This document shows, one piece after another, positions 37,603-46,529 of a DNA stretch of 64,000 bases. Below the pieces are notes generated by a model, which did no database searches, had not been told where the DNA came from, and was given only the letters and a program-made list of their open reading frames with translations. The DNA is from a phage: sequence record PX068456.1. One strand, written 5' to 3'. Each line of letters starts with the position of its first letter. Within the stretch, counting starts at the first letter, position 1. Made by a program: the position numbers and the translations under genes.

Positions 37603-38535
37603 GTGGCTAAGTTCAATTGTGATGACCTGATTGCAAAAGGTTTAGTGCATAAAAAAGAAGTTAAATCTGGAGAGTATGCTGGTCTTGCTGTACTTAAATA
37701 CAAAAACAATGTATTCTGGGACAACTTGTGGGACGTAGACAAACGCCTTCTAGATTGTCGTGGGTTGGTTGTTGACTCAGAAGACAATGTTGTTATTTGG
37801 CCTTTTACTAAAATCTTTAATCGTTTTGAGAATGGTACAGATCTTCCAGCAGACCATCTTGTAGATGCTGTCCGTAAAGTAAACGGTTTTATGGCATCTG
37901 TAGGTGTGTACAAAGGGCAACTTATTGTATCAACAACAGGGAGCCTAGAGTCAGATTTTGCAATTCTTGCCAAGAACCATATTGTTTCCGAGTGTGATGA
38001 CATAGAATATTTCATTAAGTGGACAGAAAGTGCAAAAGCAACTTTCCTTTTTGAAATCTGTGATCCTTCTGATCCACATATTGTTGAAGAAGAACCAGGC
38101 GCATACTTAATTGGAGCAAGGATTCAAAATCCTGATGGGACAAGTTTCATGCTACCCGAAGGTGTGCTTGATGGGATTGCATCTATTACAAAATTTAAAC
38201 GTCCTGAAGTTTATCCGATGATTAAATTTTCAGATGTTGTTGAAATGTCTAAACATTGTAAGCACGAAGGGTTTGTTATTCGTGAAACAAACTATCCGTT
38301 TAACTTGCTGTTAAAGATTAAGTCACCATATTATCTTGCTAAGAAATTCCTTATGCGTGGTGGCAATAAGAAGTGGGATATGATTTGGGACAACCCAAAA
38401 AATGCTAAACAAATTGTTGACGAAGAATATTATACTTTGCTAGAATGGCTTCGAAACAACTTTACTAAGACTCAATGGGCTGCTTTAGATCCACAAGAGC
38501 GACGTAAAGAAATAGAAAACTTCTTTGGAGGCTAA
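37603..38535 (+). CDS. RNA ligase-like nucleotidyltransferase
   Basis: Ligase motif I KVNGF, motif IV EGFVIRE, motif V LLKIK; 310 aa; flanked by phosphatase and kinase genes. Confidence 0.6.
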   Translation: MAKFNCDDLIAKGLVHKKEVKSGEYAGLAVLKYKNNVFWDNLWDVDKRLLDCRGLVVDSEDNVVIWPFTKIFNRFENGTDLPADHLVDAVRKVNGFMASVGVYKGQLIVSTTGSLESDFAILAKNHIVSECDDIEYFIKWTESAKATFLFEICDPSDPHIVEEEPGAYLIGARIQNPDGTSFMLPEGVLDGIASITKFKRPEVYPMIKFSDVVEMSKHCKHEGFVIRETNYPFNLLLKIKSPYYLAKKFLMRGGNKKWDMIWDNPKNAKQIVDEEYYTLLEWLRNNFTKTQWAALDPQERRKEIENFFGG

Positions 38536-38940
38536 ATGAAACAACTTATCATTTTACGTGGTGTTTCAGGTGCAGGTAAATCTACAGTAGCAGAAATTAT
38601 TTCTGAAGGTTATTGGCCTATCTGTGAGGCAGATCAATATCATTACACAGAAAGTGGTGTTTACGATTGGAAGCCAGAGAATGTAGGTAAAGCACACGCA
38701 TGGTGTCAGAGTATTGTTCGTGATGCTATGGCATCTAATATTAAAAAGATTATTGTCTCTAACACTTCAACCACAGAGAAAGAACTTAAACCTTATTTAA
38801 CTCTTGCTGAAGAGTTTGGTTATCAAGTTATCTCCTTAGTTGTTGAAAATAGGCACGGTAACGACTCAATTCATGAGGTTCCACAACATATTCGTGATCA
38901 GCAAGAGAAACGTCTTCGCAGTTCACTTAAGCTACAATAA
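38536..38940 (+). CDS. polynucleotide kinase-like P-loop kinase
   Basis: Walker A GVSGAGKST near N-terminus; 134 aa. Confidence 0.6.
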   Translation: MKQLIILRGVSGAGKSTVAEIISEGYWPICEADQYHYTESGVYDWKPENVGKAHAWCQSIVRDAMASNIKKIIVSNTSTTEKELKPYLTLAEEFGYQVISLVVENRHGNDSIHEVPQHIRDQQEKRLRSSLKLQ

Positions 38941-38949
38941 GGAGAGTGT

Positions 38950-39270
38950 ATGGAAATTTATTCTGGTGAAGGTAAGTATTTTACAGTAGTCGATAATGGT
39001 GAAATTATTATTTATCGCTACGGAAGTGAGTGGAGGAACGAGACAGGAGACGGCTATATCTTATCTTTGCTCCGTTTGATTAATGATCTTACGGAAGAAC
39101 TTGAAGAAACAAAACGTTCATATGATGATCAAGTCGATTCATTAGAAAACATTATTTCAGATCTAAATGAAGAAGTTTGTTATTTGAGTGGACAAGTTTC
39201 AGAGTTAACACTGGAATGTGAAGATTTAGGTGATGTTATTGCAGATTTAAATGAACGTCTTAAGGATTAA
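38950..39270 (+). CDS. hypothetical protein (coiled-coil C-terminus)
   Basis: 106-aa ORF. Confidence 0.45.
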   Translation: MEIYSGEGKYFTVVDNGEIIIYRYGSEWRNETGDGYILSLLRLINDLTEELEETKRSYDDQVDSLENIISDLNEEVCYLSGQVSELTLECEDLGDVIADLNERLKD

Positions 39271-39273
39271 TAT

Positions 39274-39498
39274 ATGAGTACAGCTATCTATGTTAAAGGT
39301 GTAAGCGAAGATCAACAAATGTTATTCTCATTTGGTGAGAATACTGAAATGGAAGATATGTTTAATGATATCCTTGATGCCCTTTCTTCGGAAGGGTTCA
39401 CAATGATTACATACTTTATGGCAACATCTTCTGAATACGTTGATACAGATCTTGAAGACTTGATGGAAGAGATTCAAACTCTTGTGTATAATTGGTAA
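39274..39498 (+). CDS. hypothetical acidic protein
   Basis: 74-aa ORF. Confidence 0.45.
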   Translation: MSTAIYVKGVSEDQQMLFSFGENTEMEDMFNDILDALSSEGFTMITYFMATSSEYVDTDLEDLMEEIQTLVYNW

Positions 39499-39506
39499 GG
39501 GTAACT

Positions 39507-39695
39507 ATGACATTTATTGAAGAACTAACGAGAATTGCAAACGCACCTAACAGTAGCGAAGATCCTTACTTTATGGTAGATGATTACACTGGTGGTAATA
39601 TTGATGATGCCTATGAACTAGGCAGACTACACGGTGAAATTGAAATGGCTAAATGGGTTCTTTCGCAACTGGAGGTTAAAGATGAAACAAACTAA
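39507..39695 (+). CDS. hypothetical protein
   Basis: Start re-chosen at ATG (MTFIEEL...). Confidence 0.4.
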   Translation: MTFIEELTRIANAPNSSEDPYFMVDDYTGGNIDDAYELGRLHGEIEMAKWVLSQLEVKDETN

Positions 39696-40797
39696 TCCTA
39701 CACTATATGGTAAAACTTCTACAGGTAAAATTAAACAGTGGTCAGTCTATACCGAAGGTAGTGTTGTAACTGTTGCTCATGGTCAATTAGGTGGAAAGAT
39801 TACTAGCAAATCTTATACAGCAGAACCTAAAAATATTGGTCGCTCAAATGAAACAACAGCAGAAGAACAAGCTGAAATCGAAGCTCTTGCCAAATGGACA
39901 AAGCAACTTAAGAATGGGTATTATAAAACAAAAGAGGAAGCTGAAAACCATGTTCCTTCCACACCCATGAAATGTCAGGATTATAAAGATTATGCTGATC
40001 GTGTTTTGTTCCCAGGTTATGCACAGTATAAATTGAATGGTCTACGTTCAATGATTAACATGCAAGGTGAATGCTTATCTAAAGCTGGGGAAGTATATAA
40101 ACTTCCACCTCACTGGAAAGAAATTCCAACCTTCATTAAAGAAGTAGTTGGTCATCCTCTTGACGGTGAAGTTTTTGCTGGTTTGGGTGTCCTTAGCCTT
40201 CAACAAATTAATAGTGCGTGGAAAAAGCATAATACTAACACTCCGCTTCTTAAATACTATGTATATGATGTTCCTGTGCCATCTGTACCATTTGAGAAGA
40301 GGGTTGAAGTTTTGGCTGCTCTAAAAGAAGTTGTTGAAGATAAAGGTTTAGATGAACTTATTTGTGTAGTACATACAGAGTACATTGAAAACCAAGAGCA
40401 GTTTGATGCGTTCTATGCAAAAGCTCTACGTGAGAAAGCTGAAGGTGTTGTGTATCGTAATGCACAAGGTGTTTACGAGTTTGATAAACGTTCTTATGAT
40501 GTTATTAAACGTAAACCACGTCAGACACTTGAAGTTAAGGTGGTAAGTGCAAAACGTGATAAAAATGGTGACGGGGTATTGACAGGCGAGATGGAAAATG
40601 GTAAAGTAGTCGAATTCCTGATGCGTAAGGATTCAGATGAAACCATTAACTATCGTAAAGAAGAAAATGCTTTGACACTTATTGGTCAATTTGTTGAAAT
40701 TGAGTACGAAGAATTTTCAGACGAAGGTATTCCTACCAAGCCTGTTGGGGTACGTGTACGTAAGATGATTCCAGGTACTTGGGAACCAGCAGAGTAA
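39682..40797 (+). CDS. ATP-dependent DNA ligase
   Basis: Motif I KLNGLRS (KxNG), about 370 aa; start re-chosen at MKQTNPTLYGK with GGAGG upstream. Confidence 0.65.
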   Translation: MKQTNPTLYGKTSTGKIKQWSVYTEGSVVTVAHGQLGGKITSKSYTAEPKNIGRSNETTAEEQAEIEALAKWTKQLKNGYYKTKEEAENHVPSTPMKCQDYKDYADRVLFPGYAQYKLNGLRSMINMQGECLSKAGEVYKLPPHWKEIPTFIKEVVGHPLDGEVFAGLGVLSLQQINSAWKKHNTNTPLLKYYVYDVPVPSVPFEKRVEVLAALKEVVEDKGLDELICVVHTEYIENQEQFDAFYAKALREKAEGVVYRNAQGVYEFDKRSYDVIKRKPRQTLEVKVVSAKRDKNGDGVLTGEMENGKVVEFLMRKDSDETINYRKEENALTLIGQFVEIEYEEFSDEGIPTKPVGVRVRKMIPGTWEPAE

Positions 40798-40806
40798 GAG
40801 GTAAAT

Positions 40807-40986
40807 ATGGTATTAGTAACATTTCTTATGATGTTAATTGCTATTGCAATTATAATGTTAGCCTCGTTTCCAGTGAACAAATGGTACTGCAATTTTTGTA
40901 GATTTGTTGTTTTCCTCTGTGCTGGGGCGTATATGGGCGAATCGGTAGTTCGCATTAGTGTTTTGTTAGAACAATATTTTAAATAA
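40807..40986 (+). CDS. small membrane protein (59 aa)
   Basis: ATG after AAGAGG; hydrophobic FLMMLIAIAIIMLASF segment. Confidence 0.4.
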   Translation: MVLVTFLMMLIAIAIIMLASFPVNKWYCNFCRFVVFLCAGAYMGESVVRISVLLEQYFK

Positions 40987-40995
40987 GGAGAAACA

Positions 40996-41718
40996 ATGAT
41001 CGAGAATTTTTTCAAACAAGTAAAAGTGGACAATAGCTTCTTTATCAAGGCTGCCGATCAAATTGTTGCTTGGAATGCTAAGGCACGTGGTGGCGTAACC
41101 CCAGAATTTACTCAAGAGATGTTTGAAGCTCAACTTTCTTTTGTACGAGAAGAACTAAAAGAGTTCCAAGCAGCAGCACAGGAAAATGATCACGTTGAAT
41201 TACTTGATGCAGCAGCAGATATTTTTGTGGTAGCATCCTATCTGGCGTTTATGTTTTTTGGTAAAGAAGGTGTTGATAAAGCTCTGGAAATGCCGACAGG
41301 AGATGTTCTGGCAGAAAACATCTACGATGTTATCATTGAATTTGATAAAATGGTAGAAAATGACTTGCAATTTGCCCTAATGTCTCTTACACTTACACGT
41401 ATGGCACGAGATACTTTGGTGCGTTCTGTTTATAACGAGAAGAAGGTTATGCGTGAAGTGTTGAATAGCAATGAGTCCAAGTATCCTACCAAGAAGCAAC
41501 TCCTGGCTATTTGGGAAACTAAGGATATTGTTGAAGCTCTTGAAAAAGAGTGTGATGCTATCGAGATGCGAAGCAAAGATCGTGCAGAAGGTTCTTATAC
41601 TGGAATACATGCTGTATATAACGAAGTTCAAAAGGTATACGTATTCTTTGATGACAAAGGTAAAATTATGAAGCCATCTACCTTTGTTAAACCTAATATC
41701 GCAGCAATCATTGCTTAA
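40996..41718 (+). CDS. MazG-like nucleotide pyrophosphohydrolase (candidate)
   Basis: Acidic helix pattern REELKEF ... DHVELLDAAADIFVV consistent with MazG-type metal-binding motif. Confidence 0.4.
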   Translation: MIENFFKQVKVDNSFFIKAADQIVAWNAKARGGVTPEFTQEMFEAQLSFVREELKEFQAAAQENDHVELLDAAADIFVVASYLAFMFFGKEGVDKALEMPTGDVLAENIYDVIIEFDKMVENDLQFALMSLTLTRMARDTLVRSVYNEKKVMREVLNSNESKYPTKKQLLAIWETKDIVEALEKECDAIEMRSKDRAEGSYTGIHAVYNEVQKVYVFFDDKGKIMKPSTFVKPNIAAIIA

Positions 41719-41724
41719 GAAATA

Positions 41725-41742
41725 AAGCCCCTTCGGGGGCTT
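41725..41742 (+). terminator. stem-loop (terminator-like) preceding RBS
   Basis: AAGCCCC-TTCG-GGGGCTT hairpin, short T-tract. Confidence 0.4.
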
Positions 41743-41754
41743 ATTGGAGGTATT

Positions 41755-42033
41755 ATGTTAACAGCAGAAGATATCTTTAAACACGGTTTGCGTCAGGTAA
41801 TCAAATCCTTGAAGAATGCAGGTATTGAAGATATCACACAGGAAATTGTTGGTTTAGAAAAAGAAGGTAAGAGAACAGAATTTAAGTTTTACACAGAAGA
41901 ACAGTGGTTGAGTAATCCGCAAAACAAAGCTAATGAGGCTGTTAGTCTGTTTGGTAAATCTTATAAAGGATTTAAATATCCTGATCATATTGTCGAATAT
42001 GATGGTGTAAAATATTTTGTAGTTGTTATTTGA
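41755..42033 (+). CDS. hypothetical protein
   Basis: 92-aa ORF. Confidence 0.45.
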   Translation: MLTAEDIFKHGLRQVIKSLKNAGIEDITQEIVGLEKEGKRTEFKFYTEEQWLSNPQNKANEAVSLFGKSYKGFKYPDHIVEYDGVKYFVVVI

Positions 42034-42043
42034 GGAGAAAACT

Positions 42044-42928
42044 ATGTTTGCTAAAAATTTCAAATCTTGCGTAACCCTGATTTCTGGTGATGGTCTGTCT
42101 ATTTCAGCACTGAACACAGTAACAGACAAACCGCTTGATTTTGTTGTGGCACAGGGGCAACAAGCACATACCATTGGTCTTGTTCGTTTTGAAGATGATG
42201 GTTCCTATGTAAAAGTGTTCTCTGGTTTAGAGGTTATTAAAGTAGGGCAATCTGTTAAGAAAGTTAACAAGAAGAAAGTTAAACGCATTCTTAATGAAAA
42301 ACTCCAGGAGATGGAACAAGAGTTTATTGCTGCAAATCCTACTAAAGAGTTCTTCTTGGACAAAGAAAGCAAAAAAGCAATTGAGGCTGATATTGTGTTT
42401 TCTTTGCTCCCAGAAACAGAGGCAGATGATTTCTATAACTATGTTGTTGTAGACACTGAAAACAGTATTACCTATGTTCTTAATGGTACTAAGAAAATTA
42501 GTGAAGATATTGCTGTATTTCTTCGTGAGGTGTTGGGTACTTTCCCAGTTCTGCCGTTTAGTGTACACGAAGAAGCCATTATTAAAGGTTTTGATACCAT
42601 CTTAGAAGAACATGAAGCTGAACGACTGACCCTGGGTAATTATATTAAACTTGAAGATTCGGAAGGTGTGGTTGTATGGAGTAAAGAGTCCCTTTATGAA
42701 TCTCGTGCAGTAGAACTTATGGAAGATGGTAAGCACGTTGTTGCCATTGGCCTGGAATATGACGGCTTCGTTAACTTTATTGTTGATAAAGAATTTAAGT
42801 TGAGTGGTATTAAATTCCCTAAATACTTTAATGATGAAGAAGGATCTTTTGAAGCATCTGTCCTTCTGTGCTTTAACGAAATCCGTGGTATTATGCAAGA
42901 CCTTATCAAGTCAACTATTCAAAAATAA
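42044..42928 (+). CDS. rdgC: RdgC-like recombination-associated protein
   Basis: Segment IVFSLLPE...VVVDTENSITYVLNG...LREVLGTFPVLPFS parallels E. coli RdgC VLHSLLPR...WIDTVNGLIMV...LRKSLGSLPVVPLS (from memory). Confidence 0.5.
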   Translation: MFAKNFKSCVTLISGDGLSISALNTVTDKPLDFVVAQGQQAHTIGLVRFEDDGSYVKVFSGLEVIKVGQSVKKVNKKKVKRILNEKLQEMEQEFIAANPTKEFFLDKESKKAIEADIVFSLLPETEADDFYNYVVVDTENSITYVLNGTKKISEDIAVFLREVLGTFPVLPFSVHEEAIIKGFDTILEEHEAERLTLGNYIKLEDSEGVVVWSKESLYESRAVELMEDGKHVVAIGLEYDGFVNFIVDKEFKLSGIKFPKYFNDEEGSFEASVLLCFNEIRGIMQDLIKSTIQK

Positions 42929-42931
42929 TAC

Positions 42932-42962
42932 TTGACTTACTAATTTAATATGTGTTAATATG
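42932..42962 (+). promoter_or_regulatory. sigma70-like promoter candidate
   Basis: TTGACT then AT-rich spacer then TTAATAT; followed by hairpin and RBS. Confidence 0.35.
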
Positions 42963-43002
42963 CCTACCTACTTAGTTAGGTGGGCTTTTAAGGAGACACA
43001 CC

Positions 43003-43215
43003 ATGAAAAAACTTCTTGTCTGTTTACTTCTAGTAATCAGTTCTTATTCTTATGCTGGTCAAATAACTTTAATTAATTCTGGAGAACAAGTTTCTGGAAG
43101 TACAAAATACTGTTTTTACTCTAATGGTATGTACGACAAGGTTATAGAGGTTTCTGCAAGTCGTCAGTGTCCCTACACACGAACATTCTCAACAGAGAGT
43201 TCAGATGATGAATAG
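43003..43215 (+). CDS. small secreted protein (signal peptide)
   Basis: N-terminal MKKLLVCLLLVISSYSYA signal-like sequence; 70 aa. Confidence 0.45.
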   Translation: MKKLLVCLLLVISSYSYAGQITLINSGEQVSGSTKYCFYSNGMYDKVIEVSASRQCPYTRTFSTESSDDE

Positions 43216-43223
43216 GAGGTAAT

Positions 43224-44342
43224 ATTAGCGGTTACATTTTAATCCAACCGGAAGACCTGCACAAATATGTTGACGAGAATACAATTCTTGCAATAGACTA
43301 CGATCAAGTGGCGTTCCAAGCGTCTTCAGCTTTAGAACAAAGAAAAATCCACGCTGTACACAAGTCTTCCGGTAATGTAAAAGAGTTTGAAACAAGAACA
43401 GATTTTTGGGGTAAATCTTCAAAAAATATTGGAGGATGGTTAGGAGCACTTAACGCGCAACGCGAAGCTGCTGGTAAGAAGTTGTTCTCTAGAGAAGATT
43501 TTGAAATAAAAGACGTTCAAATAGTCCCAGATAATATTTCTTTTACGTTTCAAGCTGCAAAGACAAAAATAACCCAGATGATGGATCACCTAAAACTTCA
43601 AAAGTATTGCGGTGTCATCGGGGTAGGAAAAACCTTCCGGCATTCTTTCAAAATGCCAAAAGAATATAAATCAGAACGATCAGATTTAAGACCAATCCAT
43701 TTATCAGATACTAAAGATTATCTAGTTGAAAAACATAACGGTGACGTTGTTACTGGTATTGAGGCAGATGATGCTTTAGAAATCTATGGATATGCAGGGT
43801 ATAAAGCCTACAAGGAAACTGGTAAGTTTTCTCATATTGTAGCATCTATCGACAAAGATAGCTTGCACACACCAAGTTTACTCTTTAACTTTTATAAAGA
43901 GGATGGTGTTTATAAAAATCCTTGTATTATTCTGATTGATGAATCTATTGGTGATATCTGGATCGTAGAAAAAGGTAAGAAAAAAGAAATTAAGGGTTGG
44001 GGTAGTTACTGGTTAGCTTATCAAATGCTAATGGGTGATAAGACAGATAGTATTCGACCTTACCAAGATTTCGATGTTAAGTTTGGAGATATTACTTGCT
44101 TTAATCTTATTTCCAAATGTAAAACACAGGCTGAACTTTTTCAGACAGTTAAAGATCAGTATTATGAATGGTTCCCAGATGGCGTTAAATTTACTTCTTG
44201 GGATGGTGAAGAAGTAGAGATGACAACTGACGAATGGATAGAGACAATTTTTCAGTTGGTATATATGAAACGTTGGGCGAATGATGAAACAACTTTTGAA
44301 AGTATGCTACAAGCATATATTTCAGAGCAGGAGGAACATTGA
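43224..44342 (+). CDS. 5'-3' exonuclease / flap endonuclease (T4 RNase H-like); start codon uncertain
   Basis: Motifs GIEADDALE, SIDKDS, LMGDKTDSI; N-terminal ILAIDYDQVAF lies upstream of first canonical start (GTG 43308). Confidence 0.6.
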   Translation: MSGYILIQPEDLHKYVDENTILAIDYDQVAFQASSALEQRKIHAVHKSSGNVKEFETRTDFWGKSSKNIGGWLGALNAQREAAGKKLFSREDFEIKDVQIVPDNISFTFQAAKTKITQMMDHLKLQKYCGVIGVGKTFRHSFKMPKEYKSERSDLRPIHLSDTKDYLVEKHNGDVVTGIEADDALEIYGYAGYKAYKETGKFSHIVASIDKDSLHTPSLLFNFYKEDGVYKNPCIILIDESIGDIWIVEKGKKKEIKGWGSYWLAYQMLMGDKTDSIRPYQDFDVKFGDITCFNLISKCKTQAELFQTVKDQYYEWFPDGVKFTSWDGEEVEMTTDEWIETIFQLVYMKRWANDETTFESMLQAYISEQEEH

Positions 44343-45301
44343 GTAAATTAACAGACGAACAGAAAGCCTTGATTGTATCTATGAAAGCACAAGGTTATTC
44401 TTCGCGTAAGATTGCACAAGAGGTGTTGGGAAGTTCTACTAAGAAGAGCACAGTAAATGATTACTTAGCTCGTGTAAATTCACCACATCGCGGTGCTCCG
44501 CAAGATAAAGGTGGGCCAGTAATTAAAATTATTGACGTAGAGACAGCACCGGAGATTGTGTATAGCTTCTCACGTTTCAAAGCCTTTATTGCACCTGAAC
44601 AAGTTATTCGTCGAGGTTACTTGCTTTCCTATTCATCTGCTGATTTAGAAACAGGAGAAGTAGAAGGTAAGAACCTTAGCAATTACCCTCTGTTTGACAT
44701 AGATCATACAGATGATTGGGAATTATGTCAAGATCTGTGGCACTTGCTTGACGATGCAGATATTGTGATCGCGCACAACGGTATTAAGTTTGATAAGGCT
44801 TATATTAACCAACGTTTTGCTTTTCACGGTATGGAGCCACCATCACACTATGTTGTAATTGATACACTCAAGGCAGCTAAGAAGCAGTTTGCACTACCTT
44901 CTAATGCGCTTAAAGAAATGTGTTTGTATTTTGATACAGAAAACTTTAAACTTGATAATGAAGGTTTTCCTTTGTGGAAAGCATGTTGTGAAGGAGACAG
45001 ACACGCCTTCTTCCGTATGCAAACATACAACGATGGTGATGTTGTTTCTCTTAGAGATCTTTACATCAAACTTCGTGCGTGGATTCCACAACATCCTAAC
45101 GTATCTGCATTCTATGACGATGAAAAACTTCGTTGTCCTCGTTGCGGTAAAGAGCACCTTGAAGTTGTTCCTGGTAAGGTTTACACAACAGCGGTTAGTA
45201 CATTCCAAGTGCTAAGATGCACATCATGTAATAGCCTGTCTCGTGGACGTGTTAATTTGCGTAGCAAAGAGAAGCGTGTAAACACTGTTATTGGAATTTA
45301 A
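44339..45301 (+). CDS. DnaQ-like 3'-5' exonuclease with N-terminal HTH and C-terminal zinc ribbon
   Basis: Exo motifs IIDVETA, HNGIKFD, YNDGDV; HTH-like QGYSSRKIAQEV; CPRCG...CTSCN. Confidence 0.55.
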   Translation: MSKLTDEQKALIVSMKAQGYSSRKIAQEVLGSSTKKSTVNDYLARVNSPHRGAPQDKGGPVIKIIDVETAPEIVYSFSRFKAFIAPEQVIRRGYLLSYSSADLETGEVEGKNLSNYPLFDIDHTDDWELCQDLWHLLDDADIVIAHNGIKFDKAYINQRFAFHGMEPPSHYVVIDTLKAAKKQFALPSNALKEMCLYFDTENFKLDNEGFPLWKACCEGDRHAFFRMQTYNDGDVVSLRDLYIKLRAWIPQHPNVSAFYDDEKLRCPRCGKEHLEVVPGKVYTTAVSTFQVLRCTSCNSLSRGRVNLRSKEKRVNTVIGI

Positions 45302-45304
45302 TAA

Positions 45305-45330
45305 AAAGGGGCGAAAGCCCCTTTATTTTT
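45305..45330 (+). terminator. intrinsic terminator
   Basis: AAAGGGGC-GAAA-GCCCCTTT hairpin followed by ATTTTT. Confidence 0.55.
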
Positions 45331-45339
45331 GGAGGATTT

Positions 45340-45741
45340 ATGACTACAGCACTGGATATTCAAATTGATGGTGATCACTACAAACGTATGCGTATGCAAC
45401 CTTTGGAACTTGCATATCTAATTGGTGCAACTCCTTGTTTCACTAAGTTAGCTAAGTATGCTTGTCGAAACAAAGGTGATCGTGTGATCAACCTAAACAA
45501 AGCGATTCACGTTATTCATATTGAAAAAGAATTGAGTGATAAATATTACAATATGTTGTATGAAGCCTACCCTAACTTAAAAAATCCTGTAAAAATTGAG
45601 TTAGCTAATCAGCTAATTGATTTATACACAGACGATGATCTTGTTCGTAAGGCTTTAAAAGCAATGTATAAAGGTAAGTATATTGAAGCAGCAGATGCTA
45701 TTGAACAATTGAAGGAGAGTGTGGATGGCTTCTCACGGTAA
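45340..45741 (+). CDS. hypothetical protein
   Basis: 133-aa ORF with AGGA upstream. Confidence 0.45.
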   Translation: MTTALDIQIDGDHYKRMRMQPLELAYLIGATPCFTKLAKYACRNKGDRVINLNKAIHVIHIEKELSDKYYNMLYEAYPNLKNPVKIELANQLIDLYTDDDLVRKALKAMYKGKYIEAADAIEQLKESVDGFSR

Positions 45742-45919
45742 ACAATACGGAGAGGGTGAAGTATATAAAATATACAATAAACGTGGAGATAAACTCCTAT
45801 ATACAATCACAATCCCAGAAAACATGTGTAAGGCGGGTTTAGACCGTATGCTTTTCTTTAAATATAACATTCCACCTGGAGATTATGTAGCTAAAAAGGT
45901 GAGCACTATTGGAAAATAA
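45725..45919 (+). CDS. hypothetical protein
   Basis: Start re-chosen at ATG (MASHGKQ) with GAAGGAG upstream. Confidence 0.4.
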   Translation: MASHGKQYGEGEVYKIYNKRGDKLLYTITIPENMCKAGLDRMLFFKYNIPPGDYVAKKVSTIGK

Positions 45920-46484
45920 AGAACCTAAAGTTATTTGGGGAGATGGAACACCTTGGAAAACTCAAGCAGCCTTTTATACATATTTAAGGGGTTGCTTAAG
46001 GAAAGCATGGGTGAGACACCCGAATAAGATAAAAAAGATCCAATCTGTACGATTTAAAGCCGATAGGTTGGATAAAGATGGCAATGTAGTTTTAGATAAG
46101 AAAACAGGCAAACCGAAACAGGTTTGGAATTGTCAATGTGAATTGTGTGGACATACAGGAGGTATGAAAGACTTTCAAGTAGACCATATTAATGCAGCAG
46201 GTACATTAACCTGTTATGAAGATATCCCAAGTTTTGTTTTACGCCTATTGTATGTAACAGAAGACGACCTGCGTGTAGTTTGTAAGCAGTGTAACGCTAT
46301 CCTAGCTTATGCTGACAAGCACGATATGACATTCAGGGAAGCAAAAGCGGAGAAGGAAGCGATAGCTTTATGCCAGTCTAAAAAGGATAAAAATTGGCTA
46401 ACGAAGCGCGGAATTTCACCAGAAAGTACAGTAAGTAAGCGAAGAAAACAAATAGTAAAAATTCTTCTTGACGAAGAGAAATAA
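45909..46484 (+). CDS. HNH endonuclease family protein
   Basis: CQCELCGHTG...QVDHI...CKQCN arrangement typical of HNH/zinc-finger nucleases. Confidence 0.5.
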   Translation: MENKEPKVIWGDGTPWKTQAAFYTYLRGCLRKAWVRHPNKIKKIQSVRFKADRLDKDGNVVLDKKTGKPKQVWNCQCELCGHTGGMKDFQVDHINAAGTLTCYEDIPSFVLRLLYVTEDDLRVVCKQCNAILAYADKHDMTFREAKAEKEAIALCQSKKDKNWLTKRGISPESTVSKRRKQIVKILLDEEK

Positions 46485-46529
46485 TAAAGTATTATCGCTC
46501 CCACAAACGGGAGCGTTAGAGGAGAAAAT

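Noticed and set aside
37455-38015. Minus-strand ORF 37455..38015
   Set aside because: Lies antisense across the phosphoesterase/RNA ligase junction; no RBS; both sense genes have recognisable catalytic motifs.
44848-45215. Overlapping ORFs 44848..45030 (minus), 44859..45215 (plus) and 44894..45208 (minus) within the exonuclease gene
   Set aside because: Alternate-frame or antisense reading of a gene with clear DEDD motifs; spurious.
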